From: Takakia lepidozioides | Taxonomy: Eukaryota > Plantae > Bryophyta | Direction of reading: 5' to 3' | Assembly: GCA_030704615.1 (NCBI GenBank) | Contig: CM060733.1 | Location: 13,950,001 to 14,014,000 of the forward strand | Length of the DNA: 64,000 nt | In this document: piece after piece, positions 38,398 through 50,080 of the stretch | Numbering within the stretch: position 1 is the first letter of the stretch | Layout of the letters: the number at the start of each line of letters is the position of its first letter | Program-made: the position numbers and the translations under genes | The notes under the pieces: generated by a model | The model's input: the letters and a program-made list of their open reading frames with translations, nothing else | Database searches by the model: none | What the model was told of the DNA's origin: nothing

Positions 38398-41300
38398 ATG
38401 GCCATCAGAGGAGGCGGAAGGAGAGGTTCCTTCGGAGGTCTTGGCACTGCAGCTTCCAGTGTAGATGGGGCGTCGGAAGGAGGTCCTCATGCCGCGTCCA
38501 GGTAAGCTGACACTGTCACCGGGCCGGGCTGGGCCGCGCGTGGAGTTTGTGTGTGAGATTGTACAACCTCACAATGTTTGGGAGATTCTACAAATCAGAG
38601 GCAGTGATCTGTTGGAGCTGTTCTCATTCCTATGATGTCGTACCAAGAAGGGGCCATGTCACTAACATAGGCCTGTGTCTTTTCCTGGATGGTCTGGTCG
38701 TTCCATTGGATGTCATGGCAATTCGAAGGGGACAGGGGGAACTAAAACTGGTCAATAATTTCCATCAGTTTCACACCAGTAACAATTTAAGTAAATCTGG
38801 AATTAATAACGTTGCAGTAGGGTTTATCCAATGACCACGATTGCCACCTCACACAGTTTCGATTATGGGAAGACGTCAATTGAGCTTTCACTCCAAGTAT
38901 TGGGCCTTATTAACATCTGCGTGTTCTGCGACTTGTGGATTTTCCCTGTAATGATTCTTGAAGCCCAAGCAGACAGCAAAGTGGAACTTCTCTGCCCTCT
39001 GCATCGCAGAGAGAACGGAGCAGTCAAGTTATTTCGGTCTCGCAAGGACGTGGCAGAGGTGGCTACAATGCAGGCCAGGGACGGTCTGGACATGATGATG
39101 CATCTGGGTCCAGCACAGGGAGAGGGGGTGGCAGAGGTGGGAACAATGCCGACCAGGGAAGGTCTGGATATGAAGAGGCATCTGGGTCCAGCACAGGGAG
39201 AGGGGGTGGCAGAGGTGGCTACAGTGCCGGCCAGGGAAGGTCTGGATATGATGAGGCATCTGGGTCCAGCACAGGGAGAGGGAGTCGAGGGCACCATGGC
39301 GGAGGCCGGGAAGGGAGAAAAACAATGGACCCAATTGAGGCTCTTGGGCGGTGCATGTGAGATTCATTGCGCAACATTCTTATCATCACTTTGATTACAA
39401 GTGCATAGATTATTTGTAGTAACTCCTTTTCTTCATTAATTTGATCGTGTCTTCTTGATCTGCACAAGAGGTTTTCATCAGTGGGTCAGTGCTGGTGATG
39501 ACACAATATTTGTATAAGGTCCAGGTTAAGATTGCACTTCAACAAGTCAAGCTGGACTGAACCAGTGCTTGTTTTAACTTATCTTTTATCTTGAATGGAA
39601 TTTGAAGATTTCGGTTGAGATTTTTCAGGTCAGCAATACTACGGCATCAAGCTGCGGATTACAATATAGAAATGAAAAGTGATGGCTACGTCCTAGTGAG
39701 TGATCTGCTGAAACAAAGAAAAAACACTGCAGCTGGCATCCCACTATTTTCTCACACTGAAGATGATGTACGCAAGGTGATTTTCTTTCTGCCGCCCACA
39801 TACAAGTTTTCAAGTAATCTTATCTTGGATGCCAGGTTCATGTACATCCTATTTTGAAACTCCCCTTGATGTTTGATGAGTCCTTTCATGTTGTGGGCTA
39901 TGATCCAAGAAAGTAGATGGGGAGCCTTAGAGGTCTTGGCGTTTTGATACAGAAGGCTTTGGCCATGTGGCTGGTCACAACAGACATATTTGTGCACGAC
40001 ATAGATGCCACAGCTTAACTTTCTCATAGAAGATTCCATTTCAATGTAAGTAGTTCTGATTGCACAAGACACGACATGGTGCTGTAAATTTTTGTGGGCT
40101 GGATGTGGTTGCAGAAGATGGCAAACAGAGTAGTGGACTAGAAGACGCAGCATTGTGGCTGACTTGAAGTGGTGGGATGCAGGCTGTTGCAGAAGATAAT
40201 AAACAACGATTTGGATTGAAAGAAGATAACGGGGAATTATACATTAGGGCAGTGCAAGGACACACTATCAAGGTGAGTACACCGTTGTGATGTTGTTTAT
40301 CAGGCCCACCGTGGAACTGCTTGGTCCAACTTTTAGGTGTGTCATTGGGATTTACCATTGTTCCTCAATCCACCAGTTACTTTGTCATCTTTATGGCAGG
40401 GTTGAGTGTTCCAACTGTCAAATGACAAGGAGAAATTGCTATTGGGGCAGAGAGGACCTTTGTCACACTCCTATTTGAGCTCTATATTTTGGTACTCTTT
40501 GCCACAAACTGTACGTTCTGATGGTTAGAACTGTATTCTGCAGATTGTGGAATCCGAACATCTTCTGAAACCGATCACTGCTCCCTCAGAAGTTCCAGGT
40601 GAGTATCTTTTCAGGTGCATGTTAACTGCGGGCTTTGGCCATGGTCATCTGACTTTTTGTGCCAGAAAGCAATAGCTATCAGGTATAGAATGTGATGTCA
40701 GATGCTGCTAGTTTCAGTTGATAATGAAATGCTATGATCAAAAGTCAAACGGGGGGCCTTCACTGTTGCAAGTGATGAGTCCAATCACATACTATCCTTG
40801 GTGGGTGCCTTCTGGGTTTCACTGGAGAAATTCCGTTGTTTTCATGTAGGATTGTTTGAATTTACACACTATCTTAGAATTGAGAGCGCAGAATTAGTCT
40901 TGAGTGCTCTCTAACTTAGTGTGACCGGTGTTTGTCCCCTCCATTTGTCTTGTGACCATTTGCTGTGCTCTCAATATTGCAGTTTAGCTGTTCTGGAGAT
41001 GAGTTTAGACCCATCAGGACGGAGTGTTATTGTAAATCTTGTTTGCATGACTCCTATTACAGAATTGAATAGAATGGACTATGCATTATACTCACGTACA
41101 GTGGATTCAGAGGGCTCTTGGAACTCTTGTACAACTGCTAACATCAATGCTGTGGGTTGGTGGATGGAAGTTTGTGTCCATGGAACATACGTGAAATTCT
41201 TGGACAGTATATGGGAAGAGGGTTTGAAACGAATGACACGGAACCATATCCATTTTGCTACTGGCTTGCCCAAAGAGGATGGCATCATCAGTGGTATGTG

Positions 41301-43886
41301 CATCTTCGCATTTGAGAGGACAATCAAGGACCAAATTCTTCTCAAGTGTTTTGCTGCTCATGAGTACAGTGTAGGTGTTGTTTTCGCTGATAGATGTAGG
41401 ATTTCCTTCCTATGCCTTGCAAGTAGCTTTTTGCCTAGATCCGGAAACAAGCAGGTAGAATGATATGGGGTTTTCTGGCTTGGCATGGCTAGGTATGCGA
41501 GCTTCTGCTCAAGTTCTCATCTATTTGGATGTGGGGAAGGCTATTGAGGGTAGGTCAATCCCTGTTTTTCTAAGCTTGCTAGCTCATGTGTTTCAAAGGT
41601 GTTGTCCTTCCACCTATTTTCATATCTGCATGTGTTAACTGCTAGAGGATGTCTACAGTTTTATCACATTGAGTTCTTTCCAGCTTCTGCATTTTTATCT
41701 CAGGCCAATCCTTTCATGCTTTTAAGACCCTTCTCTGACTCACATCTGTAGGTGAAGCCAGCAAGTTCACAGATCATTTTGCCCAAATCCTCTTATTGTT
41801 TTCTTCATCCATCACTCCAAAAGTTCTACTTCTTAGCAGAAATAATGCGAGGTAGTCATTCCTTGGCTACCATTACTACTGATTCAGGCAAGCTGATTGC
41901 AGATTTAACATTTGTACACGCAGCCTTCTTAGTGTATGTATGTATTCCCTGTGAAATGTCCGAATTTATTTGCGCAGATGGGATGAAGCTCTACATCTCA
42001 GAGAACAAGGTGGTACTCACTGAAGGTTTTAATGGAGCTATCCCAGCCAAGTACTTCAAGAAAGTCATAAAGAGGCTGCGAGATGGCACAGAAGTTTCGC
42101 TGATTCCACCACATGATCGATTGGCACCAAACATTGCAGCAGAGGCAAAAGTAATAACTTTGCATATAGATTTTGATCACCACTAGTGATTTGTGGATTT
42201 CGTTCTTTAGCTACAATGCAAGAGTACTACAGGGTTTAGGGGATATGCGGAAACTATGCTGCTTAAGATCTTCTCTGTACTTGTCGTCTTTGCCACAAAT
42301 TTTAGCTTCTGAGAGGACAGTGCTGTAAATTGCAGGCTGAACACCCGATCACATCTCCCTCAGCAATTTCAGGTAATTGACTTCTTTATCGTTTTTATTT
42401 TCCCAACTAGGAGCACCTACCAGGCCCCCTTATTGCAACGCTCATCTTTCTGTTTGATGCCAGGATGCTAGTTCCTCGTGTGTGGTGTCACGGCCGCCTG
42501 TTATAGGTCCATTTATGAGGTGCCAGGGGCAGGAGTCTGCCTTCACTTTTGCATAGGAGAAGGTCAATCACTAATGATAACCGGCCAATTATTCATGAGC
42601 AAGCCCTCTGTCCGTATCTTCTCCCATATCTTCAGCCATGAGCAGAGACTCTCGTCCGTATCCGTCGCATCTCAATCAAAAGGCCAGTGTATGTTCTGTA
42701 ACAGATTTGTGGAGATGGATTACCTGCGGGTCAAATGGCTCATCATTCCTCTCCACTCATAGGCTACCTAGTTAATATTTGGTGGGATGTCTTTCTGCAA
42801 AGCCGTCTGATGTTTCAGACCACATTGTATTGAGACTTTGCAGAAGTATTCTTGAGTTGTTCAAACCTTGTCATACTAGTGTTGATTAATTGTCTTCCTC
42901 CTTTTTCTGTTAGGCTATGTTTCTACTATCATCATCCAATCCCTGGACGAGGTCTGATACCCACAAGGACACATTGCCATAGAAGATGAAACTGGCATCT
43001 TGCCTATGATTGCCCAGAGCATATTATTGTAGGCACCCTTGCAAACCATTGTTAGTATGAACAGGAAATTCAGAGACCACCTTGGAATTCTCACACAACT
43101 GCTTAACATCAATACTGTGGTTTGTTGGATGATAGTTTGTGTTTATTGCACAAATGAGAAACTGTTGAAGAGTATCTGGGAAGAAGGCTTGAAAATATCG
43201 AAAGACAAACGCATCCATTTCGCTTCTGGCTTGCCCAAAGTGGACTGCAGCACCATTGGTATGTCCCTCGTTGCAAATGTAGAGGGTATTCTGGGCCCCA
43301 ATGCAAGTCAACGTTATTGAGTACACTTAGGTGTTGTTTTATGTGGACATTCCTCAGGTGTCAGAAGCAATTTGAGGTTTTCATTATTCCTGTCCCTTAG
43401 AAGCTCCTTCATTCTGAAGTGCGGAACAAAAGCGAGGCAGCCTAATGTGAGGTGTTTTGGATTGCCATGGTGTAGGTATGCGGGGGGCTGCTCAGGTTCT
43501 TATCTATTTAAATGTGGAGAAGGCCTTTGAGGGTATGAGAATGTTGTTGAAACTTTCTTCCCCATGGTTTTTGGTTGTTTATCATAAAAGTTATACATGC
43601 TGGCAGAATTGATGGAAGGTATCATTGTATGGGCACTACAACTGCTGATTCTGGCAAGTTCATTGCAGATTTGACAGTTCTATACAGCATGATCTTAGAA
43701 GTGTACAACTTCATGTGTGCAGATGGGATGAAGCTGTACACCTCAGATAAGGAGGTGGTCACCGAAGGTTTTGATGGAGTTATTCCAGACAAGTATTTTA
43801 AAAGAGTCATAAGGAAACTACCAAACGGTGGAGAAATTCCGTTATTTCCTCCTCGGCAGGCACGGAACAGTGCAGCAGATGCTTGA
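38398..43886 (+). CDS. TPT1: tRNA 2'-phosphotransferase (Tpt1/KptA) with an RGG-repeat N-terminus and a duplicated C-terminal NAD+ lobe
   Basis: Exons 38398-38501, 38964-39356, 39629-39776, 40183-40272, 40544-40598, 41171-41293, 41493-41549, 41978-42150, then duplicates 42336-42372, 43136-43258, 43476-43532, 43723-43886. Motifs: DPIEALGRCMSAILRH, SDGY, DNKQRF, IRAVQGHT, VCVHGTY, GLKRMTRNHIHF, GMR, SENKVVLT. Confidence 0.88.
39050..39283 (+). repeat. 3 x 78-bp coding tandem repeat (RGG/Y/S-rich)
   Basis: The unit encodes GRGGY(N/S)AGQGRSGYDEASGSSTGRGG in the spliced Tpt1 frame. Confidence 0.85.
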
Positions 43887-45661
43887 AGGTCTGATGATTA
43901 AACCAGAGGTGATCGAGGGCTGGAAGACTACTAAAAGTTCCAGCAATGATCTTGGTCATGACAAGGTGTTTTATTTACCAAATGTCTTCTTTGTGAGAGA
44001 TTCACCTTAGGCTAAGGTACTGCATTTGTGACAAGATTCTAAACCAGACTTAATGGAAGTCACAGAGGAGAGGTGAAGAAAATGTAGGTCTATGATCATC
44101 CATTTTACTGGTGTCAATCTGGGCAGTAGTTGAACGGTTAAAGATGCGCTTGAAGTTGTCCTTGCTTTGGTGCTCATATTAAGTTTCAAGTTTTCTATCT
44201 TCAGAGGGTGTGCAAGCATTTAGGGTGTATGTCCTCTGTAGTTGGGTTTCGGCTTACATTCAGATGTCCCTGAACTCTAGGGGGGAAATTATAAGTCAGG
44301 TCAAGAAAAATTTCAGCAATGGATGGTATCAGCATATGTAATCAGACAGAAACAGAATATAGTTTCTATACTACATGATCTCCTCACTTTCATTAGATCA
44401 GGACAAATGTACAGAGCAGCGAGTTGACTACAGAAATGTGCATCCCCTGTCCAGGGCATGACAAGGGGAGCGGTTGAGGAGGTCGAGTCTGCAGATTGAG
44501 ATGAAGGTGTCCACCTACTCCAACTGGTGCAGCATCAGCTCTAGACAAAATACACAACATATTTTGATGTCCTTACAAGGATGGCCCATTTTGTAATACA
44601 CTAGCCATAGTGCGGAATCAGTTCTAGCTAGAGGACATGAGGCATTACAGCTATAGAGTCGAAATCTTGCCTTAGATTTTGGGTTTCTCTGCAGAAGATC
44701 CTCATTGAGAAAGTGCAGAGGATCTGCTTCAGATCATATTTTGCAGGAGCTGAAGAACCGTACGCACATGTGATAGGTTGGTGAGTTGCATATTACTGAT
44801 GCAATCAAAGGAGAGATTGAACCTCGGAAGTGAATATTGTAATTTTTGAGGTTGTAAAGTATCATCAGAACATGGGAATTGTCCATATTTTGGTGGTTGT
44901 AATTATTGCTGGAGAAGGCTAAAGCTTGTGGAATGGCTGCACAATGCAAACATTTAGTGAGAGATTACCATATCTTTCTGCACGCAACTGTGAGATTATT
45001 TGTAATAAAGGAAGAACAACTTCTACATCCACGGGAGGAGGAACTATTTAGTGGCATCAAAGAGAGAGAAAGAAAGGAATGGGGATGGATGAAGTAGAAC
45101 AGTACAAGAGAGAAACATGGAGTGGTTTGTTCCTTATAGGACAAGTACTCTATTGTCATCTCTTAGAACTGAGGGTTGTAGCTCAATTAATTGCTTGACC
45201 GTAGCTGGTGCCCTGAGCATGGCCAGCCCATGTGAAAGAGGGGACACTCTGCTGAAGAGTGAGAGCTGTAGGTGTCCCTGCATGTTCTCTTTGGGAGATT
45301 CATGATTCATCACAGCCAGAATCCAATGGCATTTATCGTCTCACAAAACTTCTTCCTGCTTTCAGTAGCAACTCCTACATTTTCAGCGATTCTGATTGTC
45401 ATGACAAATCTAGTCCTCCTGTTACGAGCTCAAAACGCCAAGTAGGCTGCGAGCATAAAGTGACCATTCCCAGAAATTTGCAGATTGCCATCCAGAACTG
45501 CTCCTTTCAATCTATCAACCTCTGACAAGGCCTGACCTTGATGTGCCGTATGGTAAATATCATTTCCTATAACTTTACTCGTGACTTGCAAAAATAATGG
45601 GAAATTGTCACTTTCTGTACTTGTGTCTGAAGTGATGTACTCTCTTTTGTGCATGTTCTTG

Positions 45662-48287
45662 TCACCAGTAATCCCCACAAGAACAAACCCCATCTTTGAA
45701 ATGGTGGAAGCGGTTGGCATCCCGTACAATTATTGCTCGCCCAACAATCTTTGAGATGCACTTGGTGGCAGTATGGCAATCCCCACAAACCCGAAGGTTC
45801 TTGATGAGGCGGAGGGCTGTCCTAGGGGGTGTGCTGATAAGCCCAAAGGCAATAGCCAGCTTCTCACTGTGGTGGCAAAGAGAAAGTTTCTTATGCTCCT
45901 CCTCCACATCATGCAATACATAGCGCATGTCAGGCACGTATCCAGCCTCCTTCATCTGTCTAGATAATCTGTCCAGCTCCGTGCGAATTTCCTCAATTTG
46001 TGGATGCAGTTGATCGTCTACAACAAAAGTATGCACATGGTTGTCCACACCAATGCAGCAGTACCCTGGCTCCTTTCTGATACCTCTCTCATGCATCATT
46101 TTTCTCACCTTTGCAGTATCGTCCCACCTGCCAGCCGCAGCATAGATGTTCGAGAGCTGCAGATAAGTTGCAGCTTGCTGGGGATCCAACTTGAGAAGGA
46201 ATGTTGCCGCATGTTCTGCTACCTCCACACTGCCATGAATCCTGCAGGCACCAAGCAAGGCTCCCCACACCATAGCATCTGGTTCGATTGGCATTTTGTT
46301 AATGAAATCCTCTGCTTCATCCAATCGCCCTGCCCGGCCAAGAAGGTCCACCATGCAGCCAAGATGTTCCACTTTAGGGGTGAGGCCATGATCTCGACTC
46401 ATGGAATCAAAGTAGTGAAAGGCTTCATCCACTAGGCCCACATAGCTGCAGGCAGAGAGAACACACGTAAATGTAATACAATCTGGCTTCAAGCCTTCCT
46501 GTTTCATTTGTTCAAAGAGTTGCAGGGATTGCATACCACAACCATGCTGAGAATATCCAGCGATTATAACATTCCATGAGACCACATTTCGTTGAGCCAT
46601 AGTGTCAAACACTTGACGCGCATCCTGCATGCTCCCACATTTGGCATACATATCAACAAGGGTATTCTCCAAATTTATGTATGACATGATTCCAGCTTTG
46701 ATGATGCTAGCATGGACCTCTTGGCCCTTGTCCAGGGCTGCCTGGCTGGCATATGCATTGAGAGCGCCAATGAAGGTGACCTTGTCGGGGGTCACCCCTT
46801 CCTGTATCATTTCCTCGTAGACATCAGAAGCCTCCCTACCACACCCATGCTGAGCATATCCTGTAATCATTGCATTCCATGAGACCACATTTCGTTTAGC
46901 CATACAGTCAAACGCTTGACGAGCATCCTTCATGCTCCCACATTTTGCATACATGTCAACAAGGGCAGTCTCCAGAATGATATCTGGCACAATTTTAGCG
47001 TTGATGATGTTAGCATGGATCTCTTGGCCCTTTTCCAGGGCTGCCAGGCTGGCACATGCCTTGAGAGCACAAATGAATGTGACCTTGTCAGGCGTCACCC
47101 CTTCTCGTTTCATTTGCTCATACATCATCAATGCTTTCCTACCACACCCATGCTGAGCATATCCTGCGATCATGGCATTCCATGACACCACATTTGGCTT
47201 TAGGCCTTCCCGTTGCATTTGTTGAAATAATTCCAGGGCCTCACTACCACACCCATGCTGAGCATATCCTGCAATAATTGCACCCCATGAGAACACATCT
47301 CGCCTAGCCATATTGCTGAACACTTGATGGGCATCCTTTATGCTCCCACATTTGGCATACATATCAACCAGGGTGTTCTCGAGAATGATATCGTTAGCAA
47401 TTCCAGCTTTGAATATGTTGGCATGAACTTCTTTCCCCATATCCAGGGCTGCCAGGCTGGCACATACATTGAGCGCGCAAATGAACGCGACCTTGTCAGG
47501 TATCACCTCTTCCCGTATCATTTGCTTGTACATCTCGAACGCCTCCATATCCCACCCATGCTGGGCATATCCTGTGATCATCACACTCCATGAGACCACA
47601 TTTCGTTGAGCCATTTTGTCAAATACTTGCTGCGCGTCCTCCATGTTCCCACATTTGGCATACATGGCAGCAAGGGCAGTTTCCACCATGACATCTGGTG
47701 CAACTCCAGCTTTGATGATGTCAGCATGAACCTCTTTGCCCTTTATCAGGGCTCCCAGATTGGCACATGCCTTTAGAATACAGATGAATGTGATCTTGTT
47801 GGGAGTCAATCCTTCTCGTATCATTTGCTCATAGATCTCTAAGGCCTCCCTACTACACTTATGCTTGGCATATCCTGCCATTATTGTATTCCAAGTAACC
47901 ATATCTCGATCAGGCATTTTGTCAAACACTAGGCGTGCATCTACCAAACTTCCGCACTTGGCATACATGTTGACAAGGGTGTTAAATAAAAAAACATTTG
48001 GCTTGAATCCACTTTCAATAATGTGGGCATGCACCTGCTTTCCCTCTGCTAGGCCCTTCATCTTGATGCACTCCTGCAAGAGACACCCATAAGTACTGGA
48101 GTCTGCAAATATGCCTCCTTGGTTCAAAATGTCCAGTGCCTCTTTCAAATGACCTGCCTTACATAGTCTCCTCACATTCCCGCAAGTGCCAGAAGAGTTA
48201 TTGTTGACTGTTTGTTCTCTCTCAAAAGCAGTGGTCGTGGTGGAGGTGCCTGATTCAAAGAACTGTGCCTGACACAACCCTGCCATC
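45662..48287 (-). CDS. PLS-E1-E2-DYW PPR protein 3 (C-to-U organellar editing factor type)
   Basis: Intact ORF from the ATG at 48286, with PLS triplets, E1/E2, PG box KEPGYCCI, HHSEKLAIAFG, KNLRVCGDCH and terminal CSCGDYW. Confidence 0.95.
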
Positions 48288-48626
48288 CTGCATGACTCAA
48301 AACTCTTAATTATAACCACTAACATGTCAAACTTAAAGAACAAATCTCAAAGCTCCCATATTCTCCAAGAAGCATCAATTCATGAGGAGAGGCTCTTCAA
48401 AAATAATAGCAATGTGCATTTCTAAGGCGCAATTTTTCTGCTCCATCTCAGTATAGAGGGAACAAAATCACAGCCACTTAGACAAACATATAAAAACTCT
48501 GCTCAGTTGGATCTCCCCTCATGCAAATTCCAATTAAGTACGTAGCAATTTCCAAACACCACCCCTTGTAGAAACCCATCTCCCTCTGTCGGTCGATCTC
48601 TCTTTGGTAGGACAACAATAGCTTAC

Positions 48627-49063
48627 CAGCTACGAACATCTGTCTTAGCATCAGTCTTTCGCACAGCAAGGCTAGATTTCGCCAACACTTTTCCAGTATC
48701 TAAGTATCTGATCTCCATGTCACGGTCCACACGGCCAATGAGGTGGACGGTGTTGGCAATTACCTTGCTGAATGTGACCGCGGGCCCTCGCTCATCCCCC
48801 TGCTCATAAACCCCGTCCTCTTCGACTCTTGGCTCGAAAGTACTTGAGAAGAATTTGAATGCAATGCGGTCTGGAAAATGCAGAGGGGTGGACAACGTGC
48901 ACACCCCACACCCTCTGGAATCTTTCAGCCCAGGGCCAGCAACATAACCTCGGGGGGCCTTGTGAGGCCACCCCCACATGCCCGGATGCCGTTCCTGGAC
49001 GGAAGTGAAGAAGGTAGGCATGTCCCCCACAAGTGCCATGCTTCTTGCAGCATCAACCGTCAT
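48627..49063 (-). CDS. OSB: First coding exon of an organellar ssDNA-binding protein (OSB-type): presequence plus N-half of the OB fold
   Basis: ANTVHLIGRVDRDMEIRYLDTGKVLAKSSLAVRK...SW, ending in a TG|GTAAGC donor. No second OB-fold exon was recognised in the window. Confidence 0.8.
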
Positions 49064-49839
49064 GTCTGCTCCAAATCAAACCTAATTTGAGAAATTCTTC
49101 TCGGTTCTGTAGAAAGAGATAGATCAGGGCGAGCTTAGCCGCCTCCAACACCGACGATTCCATAGTCGAGTCTCAAGCATCAAGGTGAAGGCCATGCTCT
49201 ACACGAAGATTCGATGCTCTTCCATACTCCAAAGGCCAACTGGCAAAGGAGGAGGACTCAGCCTGCGATACCCGGAAATTCACCGGGCTCTCCACATGGA
49301 TGTGGATGGATGAGGACTGCGTCCGGGGCACTGTCTTTCCCACCAGTCGATCTAGTCGCCATCGATGGTTACAATTCATCCATGTGTCTTTCTGATTCTG
49401 TCTGTGGGCCTATTTGATAAAAAACACAATGATAAATAGAAAACAGAAAAAGAAAAAGAAAAACGAGAGAGTGCGGCGTGTATTGAAGACAGATACGAAA
49501 TACGGTGGCTCGTGTGTGGAGCACGGAGCCGCAAAGACGTGTGGAGCGATGGGTTTCCGACTGGCCTGGAGATTTGTAGGTAAAGCTGCCCTGGGAGCGT
49601 CAGAACTGGGTATATGGGATAATTCACGGTACGGGGTCTGTTTCAAATACTTAATGCTTATTTAGGTGGTGCGCATTGGTTCCACGTCGGTTTTAGTTGC
49701 GTAGATTACATTAAGTGTCCCTTCTGACACACACTAATATTTTGGTCAGATCTGGTCGGTCGTTTTCTGGCTGGATTAAATGCAGCTGGACTCTACCCTC
49801 TCGTTCCCTGATCAAATCACTTCTTACAACTTGAACATA

Positions 49840-50080
49840 CCGTACTTACCTAGTAGCTTACTAGGCACTTCCGGGCCTAAAAATTAATAAAAATAGAATA
49901 TTATTAGGCAGATTCGTTTTTATTATTTAGGCACCTCACCTAAGTAATTTCCAAACATTAAGCATGTATTACAGTCGACCCTGGATATTTTTATTTTTAA
50001 ATTTTACAGTCTACAGTGGATAATGAACAATTGTTTTTGACCTCCCTCAATAACTATTGTTGAGGTAATTTTCTCTTAAA
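49840..50080. mobile_element. Second copy (inverted; other end not located) of the MITE at 1-346
   Basis: TA|CCGTACTTACCTAG..., followed by ~200 bp reverse-complementary to ~150-346. Confidence 0.7.

Noticed and set aside
38831-39394. 187-aa ORF with GLDMMRHLGPAQGEG repeats
   Set aside because: Wrong frame. Splice phases and the DPIEALGR motif place the real Tpt1 exon in the RGG frame.
44000-45660. Remaining OSB exons downstream of PPR3
   Set aside because: No OB-fold second half or PDF motif was recognisable by eye on the minus strand; a tblastn search is needed to be sure.
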